NCBI RefSeq assembly: GCF_031769215.1
Contig: NW_026782071.1
Location: 310,001 to 374,000 of the forward strand
From: Ylistrum balloti
Taxonomy: Eukaryota
DNA length: 64,000 nt
Direction of reading: 5' to 3'
In this document: positions 35,776 through 48,808 of the stretch, piece after piece
Position numbering within the stretch: the stretch's first letter is position 1
Layout: each line of letters opens with the position of its first letter
Notes under the pieces: model-generated
What the model was told of the DNA's origin: nothing
Databases searched by the model: none
Seen by the model: only the letters and a program-made list of their open reading frames with translations
Program-made: the position numbers and the translations under genes

Positions 35776-38700
35776 ATTAATGGGATTTTTTGTTGAATTT
35801 GATGAATTATTCTGGTATTAGTCCGTGAACTCACTTGTAAACATAAAACATTGACACACGGCGTATCTAAATGAAATTGAAACAATTCTACACAGGACTG
35901 TGTTATTTATCAAAGTTTAAAAAAGTTTAGACACATTACTTTTTACTGAGCTTGACAGAGGCTTCGAAAGTCACTAGAATATGATATAACAGATAGGCTG
36001 GCTAAGACCACGAAAAATGGAATAAAACCATAAAAAATAGCGAGGTACAAGAGAGATTTCCAACAGTAGGTATTTCAGGTTCCTCTTAAGTTACGCGATG
36101 GTTTTTATTGGACAAACCTGTATATAACAATACCAAGAAAACGACATGCAAATTTTAATCTTATGTTTTGTAACTTTACATTTTGAGACAAACGTCCAGA
36201 ATTGAGTGGATTTCGAACACCAATTTCGTGTAACCTGAATTATCATAGCTTGGGTTCCCAGTGAGTGAGAGTTAAGTTGGATACGATGTCCCGGTGAGTG
36301 GCTGTATATGTTGGTAGATAGCCAATTTGGTCAGAAATTTAAATTTCAATTTTAATCTGTTATGAACATAAGCCAAATAATCTTCTTTCTTTTAAATAAT
36401 ACCTTTTTGCTCAAGAGCTACGGATTAGGAATATTTAAATCTTTTTGGCAGAAGTTAAACTTCGTAACTTTCGATGTGTTTATGAATGGAAATGTTCTTT
36501 CCACGATACAGGGGGCAACATAATCCTGTATATCGTTTTATTTACGTTTACGTCTTTTGAGATAGCCTCGATAACTTATTTATATTTGCGTTGAGATTTA
36601 GACATGTAAACGTTATGACAGTTGAAAGTTTGTCTTGGAGACGCTTGTACATCAAGTAAAGTACTAAGGTCCCAATCTCTGCCGTGAACTTGGAAATGGT
36701 ACATATGACGGTCTAATTCGCCGCCAATGACTCTATAAGCTACCTATTGACTATCGTGGCAATCTGACAAACCCAAGACCAGTACATTCTAATTTCTCAG
36801 CGAACTTTTAGCGACCTCACCTATAATGAATACATGTCTTTATCGTAAAAAGTTTGATATTCTCGTCAAAATGGTCACAAAACTCTCAGTACACGGAGTT
36901 CCATTCGGTAAATCACGGAACGGCGTATCGTTATACAGATGTAAGTTGAACAAGGAACTGGGTTAACAAAAATGGATATTTATAAATCTACACTATATTT
37001 TTGTATGAGGTATGAAAGGACATTATCACTAGTGCTCTCCCTCATCGTGAATTTAACACATGACGATATCATATCATTCACTTAATGAAATATTGTTAAA
37101 ATAACATCTATATTAACATTCACTAAAGTGTGTCACTTAAAAAGGAAAATTTTGTCAAATGAAATCGGCTAGATATTGAAAATATGGACTTGTCATTCCA
37201 CGTACGTAAAGTAAAATTTCACGAAAACATTGTTCACCGATATCAGAATGAGCAAATTTTGAATATCACCCTGGCTGATCAAAATAACAAATTTTGTTAT
37301 CCAATTCCCCACCTAATATGTCTGTTACCATGACAACATTTGTGTGTGGGAGGTAATTAATGCGTTCAACAGCAATCCAATTAGATATTCTACAATCGAT
37401 TATTTTGAACGGCGACACAAATGTGTAACGTCACGTTTTCAAAAGGCTAGGGTCTATTTTAGTCTGAAATCTTCATAGAAATTAGTGGCATCTTATATAA
37501 CAACTATAAAAATAACTCACTGACCTCCTTTCTTATCTCTTATTAAATCATATCCTCTCTTCGCTAATCAGAAAAAGAAAATCAAGCGCCCACACGACCC
37601 TGATTCATCACCGTGATCAATGAGATGCTTGAGTTAGCGTGTGTAGCTAGCGTCGTTATCTCGAGAGGGTAATTTCCATGGCTTTTGACCACGTTTTGGA
37701 CTCAAGAGATCAAAAACAGACATTCTACTTATTGGCTTTAAGGATTAAAAGAACGTAAAGTCATTACTAAGAATCTCTGCGTTTGATTTGATGAAGGTTT
37801 GGCGGTTTGCGTGGTTTTATATTTGGTCGGAATGCAGTATATAGTTTCACTTTTTGACCTTCATTAAATTGAGTTAAAAATCAGTTTTATGATTAGCTTA
37901 GATTTTTTAGGCTCGATAGTTGTTGTGACAGTTGCCCTAACACAATAAAAGTACAACAGAAACTGTAACTCTTTGATTTCTTACATCTGTTAAGAGAACA
38001 TAAGTGTCTGAGTGAGCAAAAGGGTTCGTTTTCAGAACAGTTACTGTAAGAAATGCGACCAATTGATAAAAAATTAAACAATGTCAGATATTCGCAAACG
38101 GTTGGAAAAAGGCCTGATTTATTTTGAAATATCGGTCTTGACAATTACCTTTTAACAGTAATTTGACCTCTTCCACACCATAATATCTACATGTATTTAT
38201 GCTCACTTAAGCAATGAATGTAAACAAAATCCGTTTCCTTGTCGACTTGGGAATATATGAGTTATCGAAACATCCGAGTAAAGAACTTCCGGAACTAGGA
38301 CACCCTCGGAATATTTTCTGGTGTGTGATCGCCATTCTCCTCAATAACTGTGACGATGACCCTGGGTTAAAGAAGACATGCACCAATGCGGACAGAAAAT
38401 GAAGTATAACGTGCTCTTACATGGGCAACATGCAAACTTTGTGGAATAGAAGAAGATCGTCTCAGTTGTCTCATGTGATCATGAAGAGGGAGAAAGCCGG
38501 TCACATTCTGAGAACTTTCCAAAACACGCAGCGTCAAAGTTAGAACAGTGTAAATAAAAAAACAAATGACAATGTATATATCTGTAATGTGGGTCTCCTG
38601 TTAATTAATTCTTTTTATTTGAAAAGAAAAAAATAACAGAAAAAACTAACTATTCATTATTTCACTTAAAAGCAAAGCAACAGTGGTATCGGATATAATG

Positions 38701-41700
38701 ATAACATTTTATAGTAAAGTAACATTAAAGTGTTTTTTCGCCGATTTTTTTTACACGAACAGATGAAACATGGTAAGCTACAGACCAATTCTCTTGGTAA
38801 CCATGGAAACATTATTTGCAGAAGGCGGTTATAAATAGCTCCTGTAAATAATACATCGGCCTACAGGGATGCTGTTCTCTATCCGCTCCTACCCTTCACT
38901 CCATGGGAACCGCGGGTGTGGTTATTTTTTTTTTGTTTAAATCGTTTAAACGACCGTCAATCGTAAACATATACATGATTTTTAAAACATCTACGTTGAT
39001 AAAGTACTTGATTTTGTATCATAAAGTTTACAGATAGCAAGACTGGTCTAAATTTCCACGAAAAGTAGGTGTATGAGTGTTGGTTCCACTACAGTGACAG
39101 TTCATCCCCATGAACGTATTTCGTTTTTTGGGTGATTATAATAAACACGGCGGGTCAGGAGAGGGTTCGGTGACGGCCGGACTAAGTCTTATGAATGACG
39201 GGGCGGAAGTAGTAGTGTGTTTCCATCGGTAAATGTTTTGATTAAAACTACTAGAAATCACTTGTCGGGAAACACAGCACGTTCAGCCTCAAAGTATTTT
39301 ATAAATGCATGCCAAGTAATTATCGAACATGAAAAAGATATGTAAGTTCATGCTTAATTAGTTTACTGTCAAATTATATCTCAGAATGATAATCATTTAT
39401 TTTGAAAGCCGTGTTTGTTGGGGAAAATGTACTTTTAAATTAGTTTTACCACTTTCTTGGAAACATGCTTTTGGGAAACGTCTCTTTTCTTATTCAAAAA
39501 AGTAGTCTTATAATGTCAACAGTGTAAAAAAAGCTATCAAATAAAGTTCGCGTATCAGTAATACTACCTACAATACAATAGTTCCACCCTCTACTCAGAG
39601 ACTCCTTGTTGTTACACGTAATTTATGATTGTCACATCCATAACTTTTGAAATGCAATCAACCAAAAAAGGAAAATATTGATATATAAAAATGATTGAGT
39701 ATATCATTTCATTGCCAGGATTGTTAGTTCTCTCCCCTTAATGTATCTGATGCGTGAACACCTCCTATCTTCAACTGATAACACATTACAATATCATGAC
39801 ATAAAAAGCTATCTTCATTTCCGGCCTTCAAAAAAATCCGTGTCCGCTTCTATACGATGTTATCTTCTCAATTAGACTTCCTGTTGACCTTAAGGTCACC
39901 GGAAGTCACATGGGGCGTCATATTGAATAACAGACAATGATAATGTACAAGTTAATTTGTGAGAGAGTTCAGACGCGAGTAAAACTAGAGATGAGTTTTG
40001 TTTATAGGGTGTATGTATAAACAACAAGCAGGCCTGGGATGGGAAGAGAGGATGTTGGCTGTCAGTACAGAAGTTATTGAGGGGATATCCTAACCAAACG
40101 TCATCTCAAGGAACAAGATAAAACACGGTAAAGAAGAAATGGCACAAAATAGGATTTTTCACATTTTAAACTTGAATAAAGTCAGATATTAGAAAAACAC
40201 TGTAACAGAATTACAACATGCTTGTTTAGTTTGTTAGTCTAGTTTGTTTCCTGACTTCTGTGTGTGTGTTTTTTTTTGTAATGAGCAAATGTTGAAAAAT
40301 ATGTTGTTTAATCCCCGAAAATGTCCTTATAATGATGAAAAAAAAAGAAAAATGTTAGATAGAAAGGAAATTTAAATCATCCAAACTTATTTCTATTATT
40401 TCTCACATGAAAATTAGTTCAACTTTGGATTAAAATGGAAACTTTTTCTGAATACATACTGATAACGAAATTTTCGTGGATTTGCGCTTATGTAAACACA
40501 TTATGGACCCTGTGTCGTAAACAATACTATTGTCAGTATACTACTGAATGGTCGTCTACTTCCGTGGTAAGGTTCTTTCCATCCCGTGCCGTACTTATTC
40601 ATGTATCCTGTACACTAATAGATAAGGACAGATAAGATAACAGATTCTAGGTTATCGCGCGCGAGGCGATGACGTCAGTAACGGTACTCATTTCATAAAC
40701 AGAGTGCCAGGGATCGACACACGCGTATGTATTATGATGTTTAACGTATATTGTAATTAACTACGGGTTTCCTCATCAGGCAGCGAGTACCATCGGCAAT
40801 ATACATTCAGAGAACTAATTAATAACGTTCCCACGCGCACGAGGTCACGCTTTGTAGCTTACACCATTCAGTACGCACATGAAGGGTACACCAAATTTAC
40901 TTATATAATTATCAACTATGGACCTTTGTTGGGGTGGACAGTTGAATAAATGAACCCAAGAAACGGTTATCAACCTTAACGAAGTCGAGGTTTTTACTTT
41001 TTTTTTTTCAAATTTATAAAACCGCATGATACATATCTAATTATGCTGTTTTAACGAAGCTTAATTGAACATCGACAAAATACTATTAGGCCTAACCGAC
41101 GTAATTTGTTTCATAAAGTTTATTTCATTCGTTAATATACAATACGTGAGATGATATAACTGGAATGTTAAAAGTGAAGCTGATTCGGAATTAAGTTTTT
41201 TCAACATTATAACATCCCATGATAAAATTGTTCCAAAATACTTGATTAAAATAAAACGGTCAGTATATAATTACATGCATAATAAAATATGTTCCATTCA
41301 GTTTTACGTCAATTTAAATGTAAAAATGCTTAAAATGTCACCTCAAGGCATTGTCTAAGTGTCGATCCATAAATTTGTGTATTTTTCACAGAAGTTGTGG
41401 ATTTGCTTTTTCATTTTTTTCAATTTTTATCTACCTTGTTTTCAACATATTTGTGTCGGTTATTCAATCATAAGAAATCGCGTAAATTATGGCCCCTCGA
41501 GAATGACAATATTTACAGGATACGTATATATAATACCTCAAATAATTCAATAACCAACATTTATTTGGGTTGGCGAGTTGTAGTGTTCTCTCGGTGTTAA
41601 TGGTAATAGATATGGCAGGTTACAAAATATTAAGATAAAAATTAAAATGTTTTCTGGCGAATTCTTCACCAACGTCTTCAGACAATTAATTTCAGTGAAT

Positions 41701-41964
41701 ATCTATTATGAGAAATGATGACCACTTTCTGACAGTGTGTCTCCTTCACTGTTGGCGTCCGCAAGGCCCTGTTGTTGTTTACATTCATCGTTATTTCGCT
41801 GAATTTTATTAACTTTTTCATATCGTTGTTGAAATGAAATGGGTCAATCGTCATCTTTTATTTGTGTCTATTTACGTTTTCTCGAATTTTTCTACCTTAG
41901 TATGCTTGATCTGTCTGAGGTGTTTGCTTAAGGAAAACACTATCTAATATAAAGAAGTGAAAGT

Positions 41965-42290
41965 GGATGGGGTGGGGGGAGGGGTGTTGGGGTGGGGGCT
42001 GGGGGAAGGGTGTTTGGGGTGTTTGGGGTGTTTGGGGGAGGGGTGTTGGGGTGGGGGAGGGGTGTTGGGTTGGGGGGAGGGGTGTTGGGGTGGGGGATGG
42101 GGGAAGGGTGTTTGGGGGAGGGGTGTTGGGGTGGGGGCTGGGGAAGGTTGTTTGGGCGTGGGGGATGGGGGAGAGGTGTTAGAGTAGGGGGTGGGGGAGG
42201 GGTGTTGAGGTGAGGGTTGGGGGAGGGGTTTTGGGGTGAGGGCTGGGGGAAGGGTGTTTGGGGGAGGGGATGGGGGAGAGGTGTTGGTGT
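41965..42290. repeat. G-rich low-complexity tandem repeat
   Basis: Runs of GGGGTGTTGGGGTGGGGGAGGG-like units with multiple G4-type tracts. Confidence 0.9.
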
Positions 42291-43384
42291 CCCATTATAT
42301 TCGGAACAAATATACGAATTAATAATGCATTGATACTGTTTATTTTACTGTCGTGTTTGTGACAACTGTCGGTAGTGTGTTGACCACAAGAACCCAATGT
42401 GTACATTAGCAGACAGTAGCTGGAGGCGGGATGGAATTCATTCATAAAAGATGAAATGTTTGTATCTCCTAGACGCGTATACTGATGCACACCCTTCAAC
42501 ACATGCAGATAGGACCGTCCACCTGCGGCACGCGCTAAAATTTGGTTAGTTCGGGCAAGCTTTCGTATTGATGACTTCCCCAGTTCTACAAAATGGCCGA
42601 CAGCCAGCCAATTTGGATTTCGATATTTATAGTTTGTTATCGTTTTCTTTTTTCTGTAAAATTGGGTGGATCCTGTCTTTACATGTCGGTTTCTCTTGGT
42701 ACACAGCCGCGTGTGTACAACAAAACTACCATTTTGGATTTGGACACTTAATTAGTTGTCCTTTCTTGGAACGTATTTAAGGGATAATTTTCGTGTTTCA
42801 ATTCCATGTTCACTTGTTTGAATTTGGGATTGATTGGAAAAATAAAAATGGCAGAGGCAGTCGTGGACTGGTGTTTTGATATTACATTTTCTGAGGTGTC
42901 ATGTGTATTCCTAAGGTCCCAAATTGTGGACTGTTTCTAGTTTGTAATCGGAGGAGCGAAGTAGCTGACAGGTTCTCCTTGTTTATAGGGATAACTAGTA
43001 TAACTGAGAGCAACAGGAGAATAAAGAATAAGGAAAAGATGCAACACAGATTAGATCAAAGCGATCGCCCAATAACCCGTGGAATCCCTTGTTTGTTCAT
43101 GTTTATGCCATACCGCGGCTTCTGTCATCCGTCGGACGTCTGTCAACTTTCTCCCCTGAAATATCGTTACTAGTTATAAACGATAAATCGGTGATCAAAA
43201 GCATCCGTGGATGAAGGGGAATCGATTCGGTGGATCTGAGTCCGAACCCCAGGACAAATGGAACAAATTCTCTAAAATCTATCTTCTGTAGGAATGCCAA
43301 GATTTTTACCAAACAACATTAAAAAATATAACAATATGTCGACTGTAGTATAGAAAGTGTTGATTGATCATATCTATATTACAT

Positions 43385-44435
43385 TATATACACATAGTGT
43401 TGACAGTAAAATGTATTATATACACATAGTATTGACAGTAAAATGTAATATAGACACATAGTATTGACAGTAAAATGTATTATAGACACATAGTATTGAC
43501 AGTAAAATATAGTATAGACACATAGTGTTGACAGTAAAATGTATTATAGACACATAGTATTGACAGTAAAATATAGTATAGACACATAGTATTGACAGTA
43601 AAATATAGTATAGACACATAGTATTGACAGTAAAATATAGTATAGACACATAGTGTTGACAGTAAAATGTATTATAGACGAAAAGTATTGACAGTAAAAT
43701 ATAGTATAGACACATAGTATTGACAGTAAAATGTATTATAGACACATAGTATTGACAGTAAAATATAGTGTAGACACATAGTGTTGACAGTAAATTATAA
43801 TATAGACACAGTGTTGACAGTAAAATGTAATATATACACAGTGTTGACAGTGAAATGTAATACATCAACAGTGTCGATAGCGAAATGTAATATAGACACA
43901 TAATGTTGAAGTACAATGTAATATAGACACATGGTGTTGACAGTAAAATGATAGTGTTGACGGAAAAATGATAGTGTTGACAGTAAAATGTAATAAATAC
44001 ACAGTGTGGATAGTAAAATGTAATGTAAACACAGTGTTGACAGTAAGATTTAATACATACACAGTGTCGACAGTAAAATTTAATACAGAGACATAGTGTT
44101 GACAGTAAGATGTAATATAGACACATAGTGTTGACAGTGAAATGTATTATAGACACATAGTATTGACAGTAAAATGTAATATAGGCACATAGTATCGACA
44201 GTAAAATGTATTATAGAGACATGGTGTTGACAGTAAAATGTAAAATATACATAGTGTTGACAGTGAAATGTAATACATCAACAGTGTCGATAGCGAAATG
44301 TAATATAGACACATAATGTTGAAGTACAATGTAATATAGACACATGGTGTTGACAGTAAAATGATAGTGTTGACGGAAAAATGATAGTGTTGACAGTAAA
44401 ATGTAATAAATACACATAGTGTTAACAGTGAAATG
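43385..44435 (+). repeat. 32-bp minisatellite (~32 copies)
   Basis: Unit GACACATAGTGTTGACAGTAAAATGTAATATA, period 32. Confidence 0.95.
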
Positions 44436-44436
44436 G

Positions 44437-45495
44437 CGTGTCTATATCACAGTTTTTTTGTTTATACTGTGTTTTCTGTCCGTATTACATTTTAACCCCC
44501 GAATTTATGTGTTCAAATTAAATTCTATATTACAATTTGCTGTCTACACTATGTGTGTGTCTGTCCACACAGCATTTTATTGTCGACACTACGTGTGTCT
44601 GTCTACATTACATCTTATTGTCGACACTATGTGTGTCTGTCTATATTACATTTTCTTGTCGACACTACGTGTGTCTTTTTATATTACATTTTATTGTCGA
44701 CACTGTGTGTGTCTCTCTATATTCCATTTTATTGTAGACACTACGTGTGTCTGTCTGCACTACATTTAATTGTCGACACTATGTGTGTCTGTCTATATTA
44801 CATTTTATTGTCGACACTATGTGTGTCTGTCTATATTACATTTTATTGTCGACACTGTGTGTGTCTGTCTATATTACATTTAATTGTCGATACTGTGTGT
44901 GTCTGTCTATATTACATTTTATTGTCGACACTATGTGTGTCTTTCTATATTACATTTTATTGTAGACACTACGTGTGTCTGTCTGCACTACATTTTATTG
45001 TCGACACTGTGTGTGTCTGTCTATATTCCATTTCATTGTCGATACTGTGTGTGTCTGTCTATATTACATTTTATTGTCGACACTATATGTGTCTGTCTAT
45101 ATTACATTTTACTGTTGACACTATGTGTGTCTGTCTATATTACATTTTATTGTCGACACTATGTGTGTCTGTCTATATTACATTTTATTGTCGACACTAT
45201 GTGTGTCTGTCTATATTACATTTAATTGTCGATACTGTGTGTCTATATTACATTTTATTGTCGACACTATGTGTGTCTGTCTATATTACAGTTTATTATC
45301 GACACTATGTGTGTCTGTCTATATTACTTTTTATTGTCGACACTATGTGTGTCTGTCTATGTTACATTTTACTGTTGACACTATGTGTCTGTCTATATTA
45401 CATTTTAATGTCGACACTACGTGTGTCTGTCTATATTACATTTTACTGTTGACACTGTGTGTCTATATAACATTTTATTGTTGACATTTTGTGTC
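44437..45495 (-). repeat. 38-bp minisatellite (~27 copies), inverted relative of the 32-bp array
   Basis: Plus-strand unit TATATTACATTTTATTGTCGACACTATGTGTGTCTGTC. Its reverse complement GACAGACACACATAGTGTCGACAATAAAATGTAATATA aligns with the 32-mer. Confidence 0.95.
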
Positions 45496-47921
45496 TGTAT
45501 TGTATTTTACCGTTTTCCTGTCTGATGACTGTTTGTTTCCGTAAAGAATAACGTCTAGATTGCTTTACTATCTGGTCTTGTTTTTGTGAAGGGATTCTGA
45601 CAGGTAGCTGCGTGGGCGTGATGGTGTTGTGATGTCCGTCGATTACAGCTTGCCGTTTCCAGTATCCATTATCTTGCCGACTTCGGTAAACACAGGCCGG
45701 AAAATCAATACCTGTCTGGTAATGTTCATTCATCTCGTTGGCGTTCATTCACAATTTACAAATCGAACACTCACTTCCGCTCTGGGGCGCCAACAGGAAA
45801 AACGTCGCAACAAAATTGTTCAATACTCTGGCGCCGAGGTTGACACTCCGTAAGATAGGTAATTGAGAGATGAAGGTATGGGGGATAAAAAAACAAAAAA
45901 GACAAAAATGGTTCCTTACCTCTACGCATGGGTGATAACTGGTATACAATTCTTTCTCTAGAGCGATACAATTATGACGGATTTTTTTTCCGCTAAAAAG
46001 CTGCCATTACGTCTTCAGGTTTGACAAATCACCTCATGTATTTAGTTACATATACAATTATATTATTTTTTCAGTCGTCCTACTGAAACTTATAAAGGGC
46101 AGTGTCTTAATCACCCCACAAGAAATTTGATTCCTTTTGAAACGAAGACAAATCTACATTAATATTCAGATTGTATACTGCTATAAACATTTTCAAGGAA
46201 AATCCCCATTTAGGGCCCCAACATACCCGACAGACCTATTGACCCATATATCAATACTATTTCAACGTTGGCACATTTCCATTGCAAACTCAATCATAAA
46301 TGGATGTATGGAAGCCGAGAGTGTAAAAGGAGTAACTTCACAAGAGTCGTCTAATAAACTGGGAATGTACAAAACAAAAATGAAAGATTGTCAGGAAAGG
46401 TAGATAACAGTAAACCAACAGTAAAATATATTTCAGTTGACTTTTGAACGGTTGTCAGACTTTGTTGATATCAATATGAATGCAGCCAGGATGAGAGATA
46501 AATAGAATAACGTCAGTTACTTTCAAATTATATTAACATTTCAGTTTTATCTTAAAACATTCACGTGTCGAGTCGTGTTAAGTTTCCAGTAGAAAATTAC
46601 AGTCTTTTGGATGATTTTCGCTAAGCTATAACGAGTGTTATATGAGGCGTCGTGCAAAGCCTGGACGTAACGTATGTCAACTTGGCGCCAAATGACGTCG
46701 TGTGCCTCGTGATCCACAATCCTTATGAATTAACACGGAGTTAAATGGAGACCAAAATGTAAATGCACTTTTGTAAAAACTGCTGGCATTTGTAAACTTC
46801 TATAAATGACTTCGATATTCGAAAACTAGATGTTAATGTGATTTTCAAACATGGTAATCGTATTGTCTACAAAAGTACCTAATCCCTTTTACTATTGAAA
46901 AACTTTGCACATTCTCCATTTTTTAGGTTCAACCTATATTCCTTTAAAACGCAGCTGATGTTTCGATACCATGAAAATGTCCAACCCAAATCCACAACAA
47001 CCATACAATGACGTCAGAACGCATTACCATCAACAGGAAAGAAAGGATGAACTTGACACAGTTGTAAAATAGTCACCGCGACACTACACACGATCATATA
47101 GATATGAATGATTGGAAAACCAGCTGAAGTAAATAGGGGCCGATAAAAATCCCTTCCAATTTGATATCGTGAAAGCACGTGTCCAAATATTTTTATAGTC
47201 AGTTGCAAGCATAATATATAGGGCATTTCAACTTGTTTCTGCCACAAGCAATATATTTGTGTGTTGTTTACTTTGTAACGCCGAAAGGTTACCTGGTACA
47301 TACTGCAGAAAGGATGTTCATATCACGCCACCTAATGCTGGTCACGTGATTCCTCTCGCAAATGTATTCATAAAAATAGTTGAAAAATGGGCGTAACCTC
47401 CAGAATGTCACACATTCCACGTGTTGGACTTTTTAGAGGACAAGAGTTGACCTATTTCGTGTCAATGTCACACACATGATTTTAACACATGCTTTGACGT
47501 CAGCGCTGGCATATTTTGGAGAACCATATATTTCATTCTCGCTAAGTTCTATCCCGGCGACCATAATTATTAATTTCTGAAGTTACTCTTCATGTCACTT
47601 ATGTATAATAGGATTTCAAAACTTTTCGAAATGCATTAAAATCTCATTATCCAACGATTGTTTCTTTCATTTTAAATTTGAAATCCTTATTTTTAATCAA
47701 ACAATTATAATTTATACCATAACATTGGAAGTCATATTTTACTAATCAGCAAAGCGAACAGCAAGTGATTTTGAATTGCATTAAAATTGGACTCGATATA
47801 TCAATTTTTCTGGGGTATGATTTTACATTGTCTTTACAAAAAGATATTAGTCCGACACAAAAGAAAAGTGAAATAAGTGTTTGAAGCATTTTCAGTAAAA
47901 ATGAAATTTTAGCAAATGCAA

Positions 47922-48808
47922 AACAATAGCCGAGTCAAGAGTTATAACACTGCTCTGTAAAAACAACAGCTGAGTCCAGAGTTATAACACTGCTCTGTAA
48001 AAACAACAGCCGAGTCAAGAGTTATAACACTGTTCTGTAAATACAACAGCCGAGTCAACAGTTATAACACTGCTCTTTAAAATCAACAGCTAATTCAAGG
48101 GTTATAACACTTCTCTGTAAAAACAACAGCCGAGTCAAGAGTTATAACACTGCTCTGTAAAAACAACAGCTGAGTCCAGAGTTATAACACTGCTCTGTAA
48201 AAACAACAGCTGAGTCCAGAGTTATAACACTGCTCTGTAAAAACAACAGCTGAGTCCAGAGTTATAACACTGCTTTGTAAAAACAACAGCCGAGTCAACA
48301 GTTATAACACTGCTCTGTAAAAACAACAGCCGAGTCAAGAGTTATAACACTGCTCTGTAAAAACAACAGCTGAGTCCAGAGTTATAACACTGCTCTTTAA
48401 AAACAACAGTCGAGTCAACAGTTATAACACTGCTCTTTAAAAACAACAGCTGAGTCCAGAGTTATAACACTGCTCTGTAAAAACAACAGCTGAGTCCAGA
48501 GTTATAACACTGCTTTGTAAAAACAACAGCCGAGTCAACAGTTATAACACTGCTCTGTAAAAACAACAGCCGAGTCAAGAGTTATAACACTGCTCTGTAA
48601 AAACAACAGCTGAGTCCAGAGTTATAACACTGCTCTTTAAAAACAACAGTCGAGTCAACAGTTATAACACTGCTATGTAAAAACAACAGCCGAGTCAACA
48701 GTTATAACACTGCTATGTAAAATCAACAGCCGAGTCAACAGTTATAACAATACTGCTCTTTAAAAACAACAGTCGAGTCAACAGTTATAACAATACTGCT
48801 CTGTAAAA
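47922..48808. repeat. 40-bp minisatellite (~22 copies)
   Basis: Unit AAAAACAACAGCYGAGTC(A/C)A(G/C)AGTTATAACACTGCTCTGT. GTTATAACAC occurs at 47941, 47981, 48021 and onward. Confidence 0.97.

Noticed and set aside
44537-45484. Cys/Tyr-rich ORFs up to 299 aa
   Set aside because: Translations of the 38-bp tandem repeat that cycle through all three frames.
45829-45840. TGGCGCC as an LTR primer-binding site
   Set aside because: No adjacent LTR end (CA is too far), no paired LTR and no gag/pol sequence.
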